From a virus (lineage: Duplodnaviria > Caudoviricetes), in IMG/VR virus record IMGVR_UViG_3300005512_000209, positions 1-31,088 of that record: a stretch of DNA of 31,088 bases; one strand, written 5' to 3'. The notes under the pieces were generated by a model. It was not told where the DNA came from and did not search any database. It was given only the letters and a program-made list of their open reading frames with translations. Of this stretch, positions 9,361-18,292 are shown piece after piece (position 1 is the first letter of the stretch; each line of letters begins with the position of its first letter). The position numbers and the translations under genes were made by a program.

Positions 9361-9810
9361 CTACAGAGCAGACCCGAGGTTCTCGGTGGGGTCGGGCAGC
9401 AGGACGCGGAACTCCACGCCGTCGCGGCCCTTGCCCATGGTGATCTCGGCGCGCGAGATGATGATCGCGTGCTCGCTCTCGATGATGTCGCCGTTGCTGG
9501 GGTCGGTCAGGCGGAAGGCACGGGCGGTGAGCGCGCCCCCTTCCTCGACCTCGGCCCGCTGCTCGGCACGGATGGCGGCGAGGTACTTGTAGCCCTTGCT
9601 CTCCGGGTGCAGCGTCATGGTGACGATGTGGCGGTTGTCGTTGTTGACGTTGACCACCACGGCGCTCCCGTCCACGCTGACTTCGTGCTCGTCGTCGGCG
9701 GTGACCGGGCTGTAGGTGATGATCGTGTCCCCGGAGAATCCCTGGATGCGGTAGGGCGACAGGTAGACCTGCACAGCCCCGGGGGAATAGGCGCGGTTGG
9801 TGTCGGCCAT
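9361..9810 (-). CDS. Tail tube protein, DUF3277-like (149 aa)
   Basis: YSP..V......IQGFSGD, V.VDG, TMTLHPES motifs; directly after the sheath. Confidence 0.85.
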   Translation of the reverse strand: MADTNRAYSPGAVQVYLSPYRIQGFSGDTIITYSPVTADDEHEVSVDGSAVVVNVNNDNRHIVTMTLHPESKGYKYLAAIRAEQRAEVEEGGALTARAFRLTDPSNGDIIESEHAIIISRAEITMGKGRDGVEFRVLLPDPTENLGSAL

Positions 9811-9825
9811 GGTGGCTCCCTACGG

Positions 9826-10917
9826 TCAGACGATGGCGGTGGTGGAGAGGTTGACGGTGAGGCCGAGCTGGATGGCGCCGACCACGTTCTGCGCGCCGAC
9901 GGTGAAGCGGAGCTGCTGCGCGGCCCGGTCGGCGGCGGTGATGGTCTCGGGGGTGATGACCACCTGGCCCTTCTCGAAGTGGCCCGCGGTGACGCCCTGG
10001 AGCGCGACCTTGCCGATCTCGCCCGAGACCCGGTTCTGGCCGTCGGCGTTGATGCCGAGCTTCTCGCCGTTGGCGGACATGGTGGCGATCAGGTTGGCCA
10101 GAGCCTCGTTCAGGCGCGTCTCGAACCAGTCGGCGGTGATGATCTGGTCGAAGGCGCGGCTGTTGAGGTTGCGGCCAGGGTCGCAGTAGGCGGCATAGAT
10201 GGTGCCGAAGGGGAGCAGGGTGTTGCCGTTGTTGGTCCGGGCGAACTCCTTCTGCGCCTGGGTCGGGGAGTCGGCGGTGAAGCTGTAGACCTCGGCGACA
10301 GGGGTGTTCCAGGGCGCGGAGTCGGTGTCCGGGGAGCGGGCCAGGCGGTTACCGGCCAGGCCCTCGGCGCGCGGGGCGGCGTCAACGCCGTGGTAGACCA
10401 CGAAGATCCGCTCCTTGTCGTCGATGCTCGAGTAGCCCGCAGGCACGCCGCCCGTGGTGAGCCAGTCTGCATCGGCGCTCTGGACCACGGCGACGAACTT
10501 GGAGCCCGCCGCTTCCTGGGTGTCGATCCACCCGGAGAGGGTGACGTGGTCGGCCGCGGTCCGGTCCTCGATGAGGATGCAGTAGAAGTCGGAGTTGTCG
10601 GCCAGGGCATCGTCGATGGCGTCGGCGATGGTGTCTCCGCCCGCGTCGTCCCACTGCGCGACCAGCACGGACGCAGGGCGGGGGGACTGCCCGAAGATTT
10701 CGGTGATGGCGGCCAGGGTCCAGGTGTTGATCTCGCTCGCGTCCAGCGCGGTCTGGGCAGCTGCTACGCTGGTGAATTCGCGGGTGACGTCGGCGCCGAG
10801 GGTGATGTCCTTGCCGACGATGAGCGGCCGGAAGGTGGCCCCGCCCGTGCCGAGGGTCGCGAGGTTGATCGTGATGTCGATCCGGTCGTCGTGGGTCGAG
10901 GGGTCGAGGTAGGGCAT
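9826..10917 (-). CDS. Tail sheath protein, DUF3383-like (363 aa)
   Basis: FGQSPRP, DFY, FDQIITADWFETRL, ADRAAQ...GAI motifs; located before the tube. Confidence 0.88.
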   Translation of the reverse strand: MPYLDPSTHDDRIDITINLATLGTGGATFRPLIVGKDITLGADVTREFTSVAAAQTALDASEINTWTLAAITEIFGQSPRPASVLVAQWDDAGGDTIADAIDDALADNSDFYCILIEDRTAADHVTLSGWIDTQEAAGSKFVAVVQSADADWLTTGGVPAGYSSIDDKERIFVVYHGVDAAPRAEGLAGNRLARSPDTDSAPWNTPVAEVYSFTADSPTQAQKEFARTNNGNTLLPFGTIYAAYCDPGRNLNSRAFDQIITADWFETRLNEALANLIATMSANGEKLGINADGQNRVSGEIGKVALQGVTAGHFEKGQVVITPETITAADRAAQQLRFTVGAQNVVGAIQLGLTVNLSTTAIV

Positions 10918-10924
10918 GGGTCAC

Positions 10925-11518
10925 CTATGCGCTGACGGTGATGGTGGTCTCGAGGTCTGGGTAAGCGTCGGAGGTCTGCGTCACGGTCGCTTCGATGGTC
11001 GCGAGCTCGACCTGGGTGCGAGCCGCGCTGCTGACCGTGTAGTGGCAGGACACGTCGAGGGAGTAGCGGTCCTCGGTCGAGGTATCGAGTAGCTGATCGA
11101 TCTGCTGGACCGTGCCCTCGGTGTAGAAGCCGAGCCGGGGGTATCCGGCGGCCTCGAGGGTGTCGGCCACGTCGTCGGCCAGGGCGCAGGACAGGCGCAG
11201 CTCTTCCAGCCACTCGGCCGTGTCCTCGCCGTAGCCCTGGATGCTCACGGAGGCAGTCCGGCGCCCGTACGCGGTGTGCTGCGGGACATCGGAGCCGTCG
11301 AGGGTCACGCGCGCCTCATCGTGGCCGTCTGCGGGACCGAGGGACGTGATGCTGATGGTGAGGTAGGGCAGGTCTGGGCGCGGCGAGTCTTGGCCGGCGA
11401 AGATGACCTGGACCTGCGCCCCGGTGCCGGTTGTCACGAGCGCAACTCCGGTCGGGTTGGCGTAGGCGGCGACCCACGCGAGGACCGCTTGCCGCAGGGT
11501 CTCGGCGGGCGCGGTCAT
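10925..11518 (-). CDS. Neck/tail terminator protein (197 aa)
   Basis: VIFAGQ.SPRP..PYLTI and R.ASVSIQGYG motifs; ATG 11518 overlaps the upstream TGA. Confidence 0.8.
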   Translation of the reverse strand: MTAPAETLRQAVLAWVAAYANPTGVALVTTGTGAQVQVIFAGQDSPRPDLPYLTISITSLGPADGHDEARVTLDGSDVPQHTAYGRRTASVSIQGYGEDTAEWLEELRLSCALADDVADTLEAAGYPRLGFYTEGTVQQIDQLLDTSTEDRYSLDVSCHYTVSSAARTQVELATIEATVTQTSDAYPDLETTITVSA

Positions 11519-11865
11519 GAGTCCTGCTCCTGGACGCGGACGACCTCGATCCGGTAGTGCGGGATCGGGGCGTTGTCGAAGTAGGGTTGGGCGATCAGGC
11601 ACTTGAACCAGGTCGAACCATCGCGGCTCACCAGGTCGGCCTCGGTGTCGCCGTGCTGGTCCACGGTCCGCATCACGGTCGCGGTGTAGACCTTGGCCCG
11701 GTCCGATGCCCGCTCGCCCTCGGGGAGCATGGCGATCTCGCGACCGTTGAGGGGCTGCCAGGACCCGCTGAACGTGGAGTCTGTCGTGGTGGGCGTCGCC
11801 CGTCCGTCGGCCCATGTGACCGCGCTCGTGCGTCGCAGGTGCAGCGTCCCGATCCCGAGCATCAT
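11515..11865 (-). CDS. Head closure/head-tail joining protein (116 aa)
   Basis: GSWQPL...EIAMLPEGER....KVYT motif; ATGA overlap with the upstream gene. Confidence 0.8.
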   Translation of the reverse strand: MMLGIGTLHLRRTSAVTWADGRATPTTTDSTFSGSWQPLNGREIAMLPEGERASDRAKVYTATVMRTVDQHGDTEADLVSRDGSTWFKCLIAQPYFDNAPIPHYRIEVVRVQEQDS

Positions 11866-12422
11866 GGAGCACCCCCGCCCATGACGACCTTGTGCGAGAT
11901 GCTCTGGCGCATCCGGCCGGTGTGCTGCAGCGGAGAGTTGGCGGGGTACTTCCGCGCGAGGGTGATGTCGGCGTTCTTCGGCGTCTTGATGTCGCGGATC
12001 TTGTTCTGCACGTCGGCCTTGACCTGCAGTCCGAGCCGGCCGAATCCGCGCTCCAGCGTCCGCATTCCAGAGCCGGGCACCTTGATCGCAGAGTCGAGGA
12101 AGTCGCGGGCGATCTGCCTGATCTCGGCCTCGTACTCCGCCAGGTTGTCGGCCACGGTGGAGCGCAGGAACGAGCGCTCGGGGATGGTCACGCCTTTCGA
12201 CGTGGTGGCCCCGAACTCGTTCGCGGCGGCGTACCCGGCCAGGGTGATCTTGCTCTTCGTCACCTTGCGCCCGCCCTTCGTGTGGTACCAAGACTCGTAG
12301 TACTGCTCCCCGTCCTCCTGGAGGATGCCGACGTAGACGCGGGGATGACTGGTCTGACCGAGGGCGCGAAGCTCCCGGATCAGGCTGTCGTATCCCAGGT
12401 CTCGGTCGGTGACTCCAGGCAC
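11862..12422 (-). CDS. Neck/tail-completion protein, virion morphogenesis family (186 aa)
   Basis: VYVGI, AAANEFG, IPERSFLRST, NADITLARK, PLQHTGRMRQSI motifs; GTG 12422 with GAGGAG SD. Confidence 0.85.
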   Translation of the reverse strand: MPGVTDRDLGYDSLIRELRALGQTSHPRVYVGILQEDGEQYYESWYHTKGGRKVTKSKITLAGYAAANEFGATTSKGVTIPERSFLRSTVADNLAEYEAEIRQIARDFLDSAIKVPGSGMRTLERGFGRLGLQVKADVQNKIRDIKTPKNADITLARKYPANSPLQHTGRMRQSISHKVVMGGGAP

Positions 12423-12433
12423 ATCGGGCTCCT

Positions 12434-13531
12434 CTACGAGAACGCGTGGGTGTGGCCGGCGTCGGTGTAGGCGTTGGCGAGGGTGGCGAACACGCGCCAG
12501 TCCAGGGCACCGTTGGGGGCGGCGGAGAGGGTCAGCACCCCGGTCGCGGCGATGGTGGCGGCACCGTCCACGCCGTTGGTGCTGGTCTCGGAGGCGACCA
12601 CCAGGGTCGGGACGAGGCCGTGGGTCTGGATGGCGAGGCTCGGACCGGTCTGCACGTCGCAGGTTCCCGCGCTCGAGGCCGCGAGGTTGCGGACGCGGCT
12701 GATGGTGCCGGGGACGATGCCGTAGGTGCTCTCGACGATGGCGCCAGGTGTGGCGGTCAGGGTCTTCTCTTCGTAGGTGCCATCCGACCACAGGCCGGTC
12801 ACGCCGATGTCGCCGCCGTCCCACAGGGCCGAGGCGTCCACCTGGAGCGTGCGAGTGAAGTCGGCCTGGGTGATGTTGCCCCAGGTCGTCTCGTCGATGT
12901 CGGCGCCGCCAGCGATCTGGGCGATGACGTTCGCTGCGGCGGCGGCAGGGTTGACGAAGAACTCGCTGACCGATGCGCTGGGAGCATCCTCGGTGACGGT
13001 GGCGGTTGAGCTGTCGGACGTGTTGACGGTGAACTGTCCGGACCCCGCGGTGAGACCGGTACCAGCCATCGCGGCCACGATGTCGGCGATACTCTCGATC
13101 TTGGACTTGCTCGAGTCGTCGGCGTCCACGATGGCGAGGCTGTCGTTGGCGACGTCCACGACCGCGGCGGCGAAGGTGGACAGCATCAGGTCGATGGCGG
13201 CCTTCTTGCTGCTGCTGTCGGTCGCGTCGATGAAGGGCAGGCTGTCGGCGCTGGAGTCCATGGTCCCAGACGAGAGGTTGTCCAGGTCCACGGTCCCGGC
13301 GTCCACCGGGGAGATGGTCGCGGCGTCGCCGACCGGGTCGAAGTAGAGGTAGGCGTCGCCGCTGGAGGCGTCCAGGCGCCACCAGATCGTCGGGTAGCCG
13401 ATCCCGTCGGTGGGCACGCCCAGGCAGGGCATGAGGTAGCCGCGCTCGCCCGAGGCGAGAGTGACGACGAGAGCGCGCATGGCGACGGCGCCGTCGTAGC
13501 GAGGATCGATGATGCGGGGAGGGGTAGCCAT
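12434..13531 (-). CDS. Putative virion fibre/decoration protein (365 aa)
   Basis: A/T/D/S-rich; two tandem D-S-L-x-x-x-D-A-x-D-S-S-x-x-K repeats; lies within the neck gene cluster; GAGG SD. Confidence 0.65.
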   Translation of the reverse strand: MATPPRIIDPRYDGAVAMRALVVTLASGERGYLMPCLGVPTDGIGYPTIWWRLDASSGDAYLYFDPVGDAATISPVDAGTVDLDNLSSGTMDSSADSLPFIDATDSSSKKAAIDLMLSTFAAAVVDVANDSLAIVDADDSSKSKIESIADIVAAMAGTGLTAGSGQFTVNTSDSSTATVTEDAPSASVSEFFVNPAAAAANVIAQIAGGADIDETTWGNITQADFTRTLQVDASALWDGGDIGVTGLWSDGTYEEKTLTATPGAIVESTYGIVPGTISRVRNLAASSAGTCDVQTGPSLAIQTHGLVPTLVVASETSTNGVDGAATIAATGVLTLSAAPNGALDWRVFATLANAYTDAGHTHAFS

Positions 13532-13541
13532 GGTCAGGGCC

Positions 13542-13940
13542 TCACGTCAGGACGCACATGCCGGTCTGGTAGCGGCTGTCCCGGATCTGGAGGTAGGCCA
13601 GGCCGTGACGGCTCTGGCGGTAGTAGTCGTCCTCGTGAGACGACGCGGCAAAGGAAGGGGTTGCGTAGGACACGGACAGATCGCCCGTGCGGACGGATGA
13701 CACGCCGCCGACGCCAGCGGATCCGGCTGTCGTGCTCGTGTCGCGAGACTGCATGGTCAGTTCGTGCGCGGTCAGTCGCGCTACCGCCTCCGTCGTGCGG
13801 GCCCCGAACACGCTGGGCGTGATGGAGCCCGCTACGATCCCGACCACGTCCTCCACGTCATCGTCGCTGGTGGAGACGAACTCCGGGGCGATGACGCGGA
13901 AGACGGGCAGGACCGCGGCGATGGCGGTAGCGTCGGCCAT
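13542..13940 (-). CDS. Head-tail adaptor, DUF4054-like (132 aa)
   Basis: FR...PEF, LTAHEL, VSSV.TGDLSVSY, YYRQSRHGLAYLQ motifs. Confidence 0.88.
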   Translation of the reverse strand: MADATAIAAVLPVFRVIAPEFVSTSDDDVEDVVGIVAGSITPSVFGARTTEAVARLTAHELTMQSRDTSTTAGSAGVGGVSSVRTGDLSVSYATPSFAASSHEDDYYRQSRHGLAYLQIRDSRYQTGMCVLT

Positions 13941-14158
13941 CAGGAGAACTGCACGCCGAGGCGCTGGGCCAGGTCACCCATGGGTCCCTTGCGGAACCGG
14001 GCGACACGGTCCACGTCGGTCTGGGCGGACAGGCTGGGGGCCTTGTCCGCGCCGAGATCGTCGGAGCCGCCGAGGATGATGGGACGCACGCCGCGCCCGC
14101 CGCCAAGGACGACGCGGTTGGTGGACGTGTTGCGAACGGTGGTGGTCTTCGCGCTCAT
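13940..14158 (-). CDS. Small hypothetical protein after the major capsid (72 aa)
   Basis: ATG 14158 two nt after the capsid stop with GAGG SD; its stop overlaps the adaptor ATG. Confidence 0.7.
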   Translation of the reverse strand: MSAKTTTVRNTSTNRVVLGGGRGVRPIILGGSDDLGADKAPSLSAQTDVDRVARFRKGPMGDLAQRLGVQFS

Positions 14159-14160
14159 GA

Positions 14161-15282
14161 TCAGGCCTCGCTCTGGATGTAGACGACGAGGTTGTCGCCG
14201 ACTTCGCGGTGGTTGAGCCCGCCGAACCCGGCGACCAGGAACATCTCGGACACCAGCGCCCGACGGTCCGGGGGAAGCGGGGTCGGGGTCATGGCCATGA
14301 TCATCTCGGCGGAGGTGTCGGCAGCGCCGGTCCCGCGACGGGTGAAGGCCATGACGTGGATGTTGGCGCCGCCCTTGTCGTTGAGCTCGCGGACGGGGAG
14401 GATGGTCTTGAGGTGGGGGTTCGCGCTGAGCATCCAGTCGAACAGGCTCTTGTCCGCGTTGTCGCCGTAGCGGCGGTTCTTGAGCTTGTTGTGGAGCTTG
14501 GTCGAGATCAGCAGGGTGTCCGGCTGGAACACGCCGCCGCTCTCGTTCTCGGCGTAGTTGGCCCACTGCCCGAAGTCCTCGACGATGTCGTCGGCGGCGG
14601 TCGCGGCGATGTAGCTCACATCCGAGAGAGCGGTGTCCACGTAGGGGTGGTTCAGCAGGCCGTACAGGTTGTACTCGCTGGCCCCGGACCACGTCCACTT
14701 GTTGATCAGCTCGTCGATCACCAGGCGGGAGGCGCGCATCTTGCGGGCCTGGACATCGAGCCCGGTCAGGCCAGCACGCAGGCCCTCGAGGAAGTCGATC
14801 TCCGCCTTGCTGGCGATGTACACGACGTTGGCGCGGGTGAACGCCTGGCCGATGCCGACGGCGGGGATGTTGGCCCCGGAGCCGCCGCGGTAGACCACGG
14901 CCTCACCCGTCGAGTAGGCGCGGGTCTGCTCGTAGAACAGGGAGCCGGGCTGGACCTCGGTGTTGACCGGGAAGGCCTTGGTGGCGTTCAGGGGCGCGGT
15001 CTTCTCCTCGAGCACACGCCGGAAGCGGTGCGTGAGGTCCCTGGGTTGGAACATGCCCAGGCCGGGGTCGAAGCCGTCGTTGCGCAGGTCGGAGGCGTAC
15101 CCGTCGAGGCGGTGACCCAGGATGGTCATGGCGCGCTCGTAGGTGGGCCAGTAGCCGTGACCGTCGTCGTCGGCGCGGCGCTGCAGGCCCATGCTCACCT
15201 CGGCGATCCCCTGGGAGATGTGGCCGAAGCTCTTCATGGGCTGGACGTGGGAACCGTCCACGAGAAGGAAGTTGGCAGGCAT
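14161..15282 (-). CDS. Major capsid protein, DUF2184-like (373 aa)
   Basis: YGLLNHP, PDTLL, FPV..EV.PG, GFGG motifs; size and position after protease and decoration genes. Confidence 0.9.
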   Translation of the reverse strand: MPANFLLVDGSHVQPMKSFGHISQGIAEVSMGLQRRADDDGHGYWPTYERAMTILGHRLDGYASDLRNDGFDPGLGMFQPRDLTHRFRRVLEEKTAPLNATKAFPVNTEVQPGSLFYEQTRAYSTGEAVVYRGGSGANIPAVGIGQAFTRANVVYIASKAEIDFLEGLRAGLTGLDVQARKMRASRLVIDELINKWTWSGASEYNLYGLLNHPYVDTALSDVSYIAATAADDIVEDFGQWANYAENESGGVFQPDTLLISTKLHNKLKNRRYGDNADKSLFDWMLSANPHLKTILPVRELNDKGGANIHVMAFTRRGTGAADTSAEMIMAMTPTPLPPDRRALVSEMFLVAGFGGLNHREVGDNLVVYIQSEA

Positions 15283-15284
15283 GG

Positions 15285-16469
15285 TCAGGCTCCCATGTCG
15301 ATGTTGACGACGGCGAGACCGTCGGAGGTGGTGGAGTACTCCTGCCGCTCGGGCCGGATCTTGCTGGACCCGATCCAGACGCGGTTGGCGGCGGCGGTGT
15401 TGTAGAGGCGGCCCTTGGTGGCGCTGGCGACGCTGACATACAGGTCGTCGCTCTGGCTCCAGGTCTCGGTGGTGTCGCGCTGGATGACGCCCATGCCGCG
15501 GGTGGCCACTTCGACGCCCTGGTTGGCGGCGTAGCTGGGATCGTCGCCGTCCTGGGTGGCGTTCTCGACGTCGAGACGCCGGACGCTCATCCCGGCCATG
15601 GCGCGCATGAGGCTGGTGTCGGTGCTCGGGCCCGTGGTGTAGGCCTTCGCGACCGCGCCCGCGCCACTGACGCTGGAGGTCGCCTCGAACTCGGAGCCGG
15701 CCACGTCGCTGGTGAGCGTGATGGTGGTGGCGTCGGAGGCGAGCAGGATGGACAGGCCCGCGCCGAACTGAGCGTCGAGGACGGTGTTGAGCAGCCCGAT
15801 CAGGGCGGCCAGGGTCGCGGTCTGGCTGGTGACGTAGGTCACGCTCTCGGCCAGGCGCTTGCCCTGGAACTCCACCTCGATGAAGACCTCGTCACCCGCG
15901 CCCACGCTGCCGTAGGTGAAGGTGATGACCTGCGCGGTGAAGTCGGTGCTCACCGGCACGTAGCCCTTGGGGGTACCCTCGTCGGTGACGTAGCCGCTCC
16001 GGACCATGACCCGGCCGAAGTCCACGGCGTCCGCAGCGGCGGCGCTGGTGGTCGTGGTCGGGGTGCCGAGGTCCTGGGTGGTCTCGGAGGCGTTGACCGT
16101 GGTGGTCCAGCTGACGTTGGGCCAGTTGCCGGTCAGGGTCAGGGTGCCCGCGCTGTAGGACGGGGTGCAGAGCCGGTAGGCCGCGGCCTTGTCCTTGATG
16201 GCGGCCACGAGCCCGGCGCCGAGCTCGGCCTGGGTGGCACTGGAGTCGGTGGTGAACTCGCAGGACACGCCGTCGATCACGACCTTGTAGGTGGTCGAGT
16301 TGTCGGGGCTGGCCGGGACCGTGATGGTCTGGACCTGCGCGGCCTGGGGGTTGTCGTTGATCATCGAGATCGACCGGAAGTCGTGGCTCCGGGTGAAGTC
16401 ACCGATGAACCCGATGGGGCGACGGTCGCGAGCCTGGCTGGCCCGCTGGAAGAAGTTGCTGGCGGTCAT
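15285..16469 (-). CDS. Capsid decoration/cement protein with two inserted domains (394 aa)
   Basis: Cement-like motifs (G..GD, VDFGRVMVR, AGMSVR, Y....GVEVATRG, DDLYV......GRL) separated by two related inserts; located between protease and capsid. Confidence 0.72.
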   Translation of the reverse strand: MTASNFFQRASQARDRRPIGFIGDFTRSHDFRSISMINDNPQAAQVQTITVPASPDNSTTYKVVIDGVSCEFTTDSSATQAELGAGLVAAIKDKAAAYRLCTPSYSAGTLTLTGNWPNVSWTTTVNASETTQDLGTPTTTTSAAAADAVDFGRVMVRSGYVTDEGTPKGYVPVSTDFTAQVITFTYGSVGAGDEVFIEVEFQGKRLAESVTYVTSQTATLAALIGLLNTVLDAQFGAGLSILLASDATTITLTSDVAGSEFEATSSVSGAGAVAKAYTTGPSTDTSLMRAMAGMSVRRLDVENATQDGDDPSYAANQGVEVATRGMGVIQRDTTETWSQSDDLYVSVASATKGRLYNTAAANRVWIGSSKIRPERQEYSTTSDGLAVVNIDMGA

Positions 16470-16471
16470 GG

Positions 16472-17680
16472 TCAGGCCTCCTGACGGTTGCTGGCGAGCC
16501 AGGGATCGGAGACGGGCTTGTCGGCGCCGTCACCGCGAGTGTGGTCGTCCGAGCCGGACCGGAAGCCGTCGTAGCGGGAGTCGCTGCGGCTCGAGTCCTT
16601 CTCGATGGTGGCGATGATGCCCTCGAGGTAGCCGAGGCCGCTGTCGGCGGTCACGCTGTCCACGCGGGTCTTGGCGATGGCGATGCGGAGGTCGTCGAGG
16701 GCGACGTCCTTGTGGTCCACGTTGACCTTGGCGGCGATGGCCTGGAGTCGGGACAACTCGGCGGCGTCCTTGCGCCCCTTCTCGGCCTCCATCATCTCGT
16801 CCATCTTGGCCTTCATGGCGTCGTACTTGCCTTGCAGCTCATCGAGCTTGGCCTGGCACGCGTCCTTGTCGGCCTTCATCTGCTCGAGTTCGGCAGCCTT
16901 GGCATCGGCGTCGGTCTTGGCCTTCTCGGCCTCGCTGTCGGCCTCGGCCTTGTCGTCGGCGTCGGCGCGGAGGGTCTTGGCGCGGGCGATGCCGGTCTCG
17001 AGGGCGTGTCCCTCGTCGTCCAGCCGCTCGACGCCGAGTGCGGTCAGAAGGGCCGCGAGCTTCGGATTCATGAGCTTCTCCTTGGGGGGAGGCTTGGGGG
17101 TGACGTACTGGCCCGCGGCGTCCGCGGAGTCTGCACGGAGGGAGACGGTTGGGCCGCCACGACCGCGCTCGACCAGGGCCAGGTGGTTGCACCTGCGCCC
17201 GATCTGGCGGGCGTCGTAGGCCCCGAAGAGAGGGTGGGTCCCGGGGGTCTCGTCGAGCTGGACCGCGTACCCGCAGGACACCTCGTCCGCGCCCTTGTCG
17301 AAGGCGTCGATGGCGTCGGCGCGGCGGAGGGCGACCTTGACTCGGACGAACGCGCCCTGGTTGTCTTCCTCGACCGTGGCCTCACCGTCAACGTCGCCCA
17401 CGCCGTCGGTCTTGACTGACTCGGTGGTGACGAACCCGGACTTGGGGTGCTCGAGGGTGACGGCGGAGCGGGGCAGGGTGCGCGCGGTGTCGAGGACGGC
17501 TTCACGGGTCACGAGTTCGCGCCTGACCCCGGTCCTGGTCTTGTACTCGAGGATGCCTTCGCGAGTCGCGATCCCCTCGGCCAGCACTACGCCATCCTCG
17601 CGCCGGAACGGAGCACGGAGCTGTTCGGCGCGATCGAATCGGCGGGGCGCGGCGTCGAAGTCAGGCAGGGGACACTCCAC
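16472..17680 (-). CDS. Head maturation protease/scaffold, DUF2213-like (402 aa)
   Basis: ATREGILEY, VTLEHP, EVSCGY, YDARQ, NHLALVERGRGG motifs, followed by a charged coiled-coil scaffold. GTG start lacks an SD. Confidence 0.9.
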   Translation of the reverse strand: MECPLPDFDAAPRRFDRAEQLRAPFRREDGVVLAEGIATREGILEYKTRTGVRRELVTREAVLDTARTLPRSAVTLEHPKSGFVTTESVKTDGVGDVDGEATVEEDNQGAFVRVKVALRRADAIDAFDKGADEVSCGYAVQLDETPGTHPLFGAYDARQIGRRCNHLALVERGRGGPTVSLRADSADAAGQYVTPKPPPKEKLMNPKLAALLTALGVERLDDEGHALETGIARAKTLRADADDKAEADSEAEKAKTDADAKAAELEQMKADKDACQAKLDELQGKYDAMKAKMDEMMEAEKGRKDAAELSRLQAIAAKVNVDHKDVALDDLRIAIAKTRVDSVTADSGLGYLEGIIATIEKDSSRSDSRYDGFRSGSDDHTRGDGADKPVSDPWLASNRQEA

Positions 17681-17693
17681 GGGCTACGGACTG

Positions 17694-17722
17694 ACGATAG
17701 CGGAGACGGATCGCGGTGTCAA
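17694..17722 (-). promoter_or_regulatory. Sigma70-type promoter for the protease-capsid-tail operon
   Basis: TTGACA (17722-17717), 17-nt spacer, TATCGT (17699-17694), 13 nt upstream of the GTG. Confidence 0.75.
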
Positions 17723-17764
17723 GATATTGGGACGCGCGTGTTCCAGTTTTCGGACGCGAGCCCG

Positions 17765-17773
17765 TGCTATGGT
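17765..17773 (+). promoter_or_regulatory. Possible extended -10 promoter (divergent) for the plus-strand cassette
   Basis: TGcTATGGT; no convincing -35. Confidence 0.4.
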
Positions 17774-17840
17774 GATCGGGAGCGCGCTCCTCGCCAGCCC
17801 CGCCGCCCAGTTCGCGCTCATCATCACGACCGGCTCATGC

Positions 17841-17920
17841 CATAGACTGCGCAGCGGGCTCCCCTTCTCGGCCAGGGAACCGGACATGATCGAATGCCCG
17901 GAGGCCGAGACTCGTCTATG
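17841..17920 (+). other. Nested stem-loop in a non-coding leader
   Basis: CATAGAC 17841-47/GTCTATG 17914-20; TCTCGGCC 17866-73/GGCCGAGA 17903-10; CCGGACAT 17880-87/ATGCCCGG 17894-901 (one mismatch). Confidence 0.5.
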
Positions 17921-17964
17921 ATGTGGACGGGCGCCCCAGCCCGGCGTCAACCGAGGACCTGACC

Positions 17965-18288
17965 ATGACCAGGACGCTCTCTCTTCTCTCGCTCGCTGTC
18001 GCCGTCGGATGCCAGGAAGCCGACACCGGAACGGACACCAGCACCCCCGAGGCAGACTGCGCCATCGTCGTCATCGACACTTACGAGCCGTGGGAGGTCG
18101 TGGAGGGGGTCGAGGCGCGCGACGGGATGCCGATGGTGCGCCGGTGCCGGAACGAAGACGTGGGCGAGCGCTGCGAGTCGGTGGCGTGGGTGATGCAGGA
18201 CGGAACCCTGCACGCCTACGCGCTCGAGGTCGAGGACGGATGGGTAGAGGTGTGGTGGGTGCTGCATCCTGGGGTGATGCCGCTGTAG
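17965..18288 (+). CDS. Putative lipoprotein (107 aa)
   Basis: GAGGA SD; MTRTLSLLSLAVAVG|C signal peptide with lipobox; D/T-rich linker. Confidence 0.75.
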   Translation: MTRTLSLLSLAVAVGCQEADTGTDTSTPEADCAIVVIDTYEPWEVVEGVEARDGMPMVRRCRNEDVGERCESVAWVMQDGTLHAYALEVEDGWVEVWWVLHPGVMPL

Positions 18289-18292
18289 GGGG

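Noticed and set aside
2316-14698. Long Arg/Pro-rich N-terminal extensions given by the ORF track (e.g. starts at 3413, 5482, 6279, 11872, 12510, 13382, 14698)
   Set aside because: They overlap upstream genes out of frame; internal starts with an SD or stop/start coupling fit better.
1-17680. Tailocin/eCIS or gene transfer agent interpretation
   Set aside because: Capsid, portal, terminase and a replication helicase are all present, consistent with a genuine phage.
17684-17950. 88-aa minus-strand ORF upstream of the protease
   Set aside because: No SD or recognisable motif, and it overlaps divergent promoters and the stem-loop.
17780-17964. tRNA or known self-cleaving ribozyme
   Set aside because: No cloverleaf or T-loop GTTCRA, and no hammerhead CTGANGA/GAAA core.
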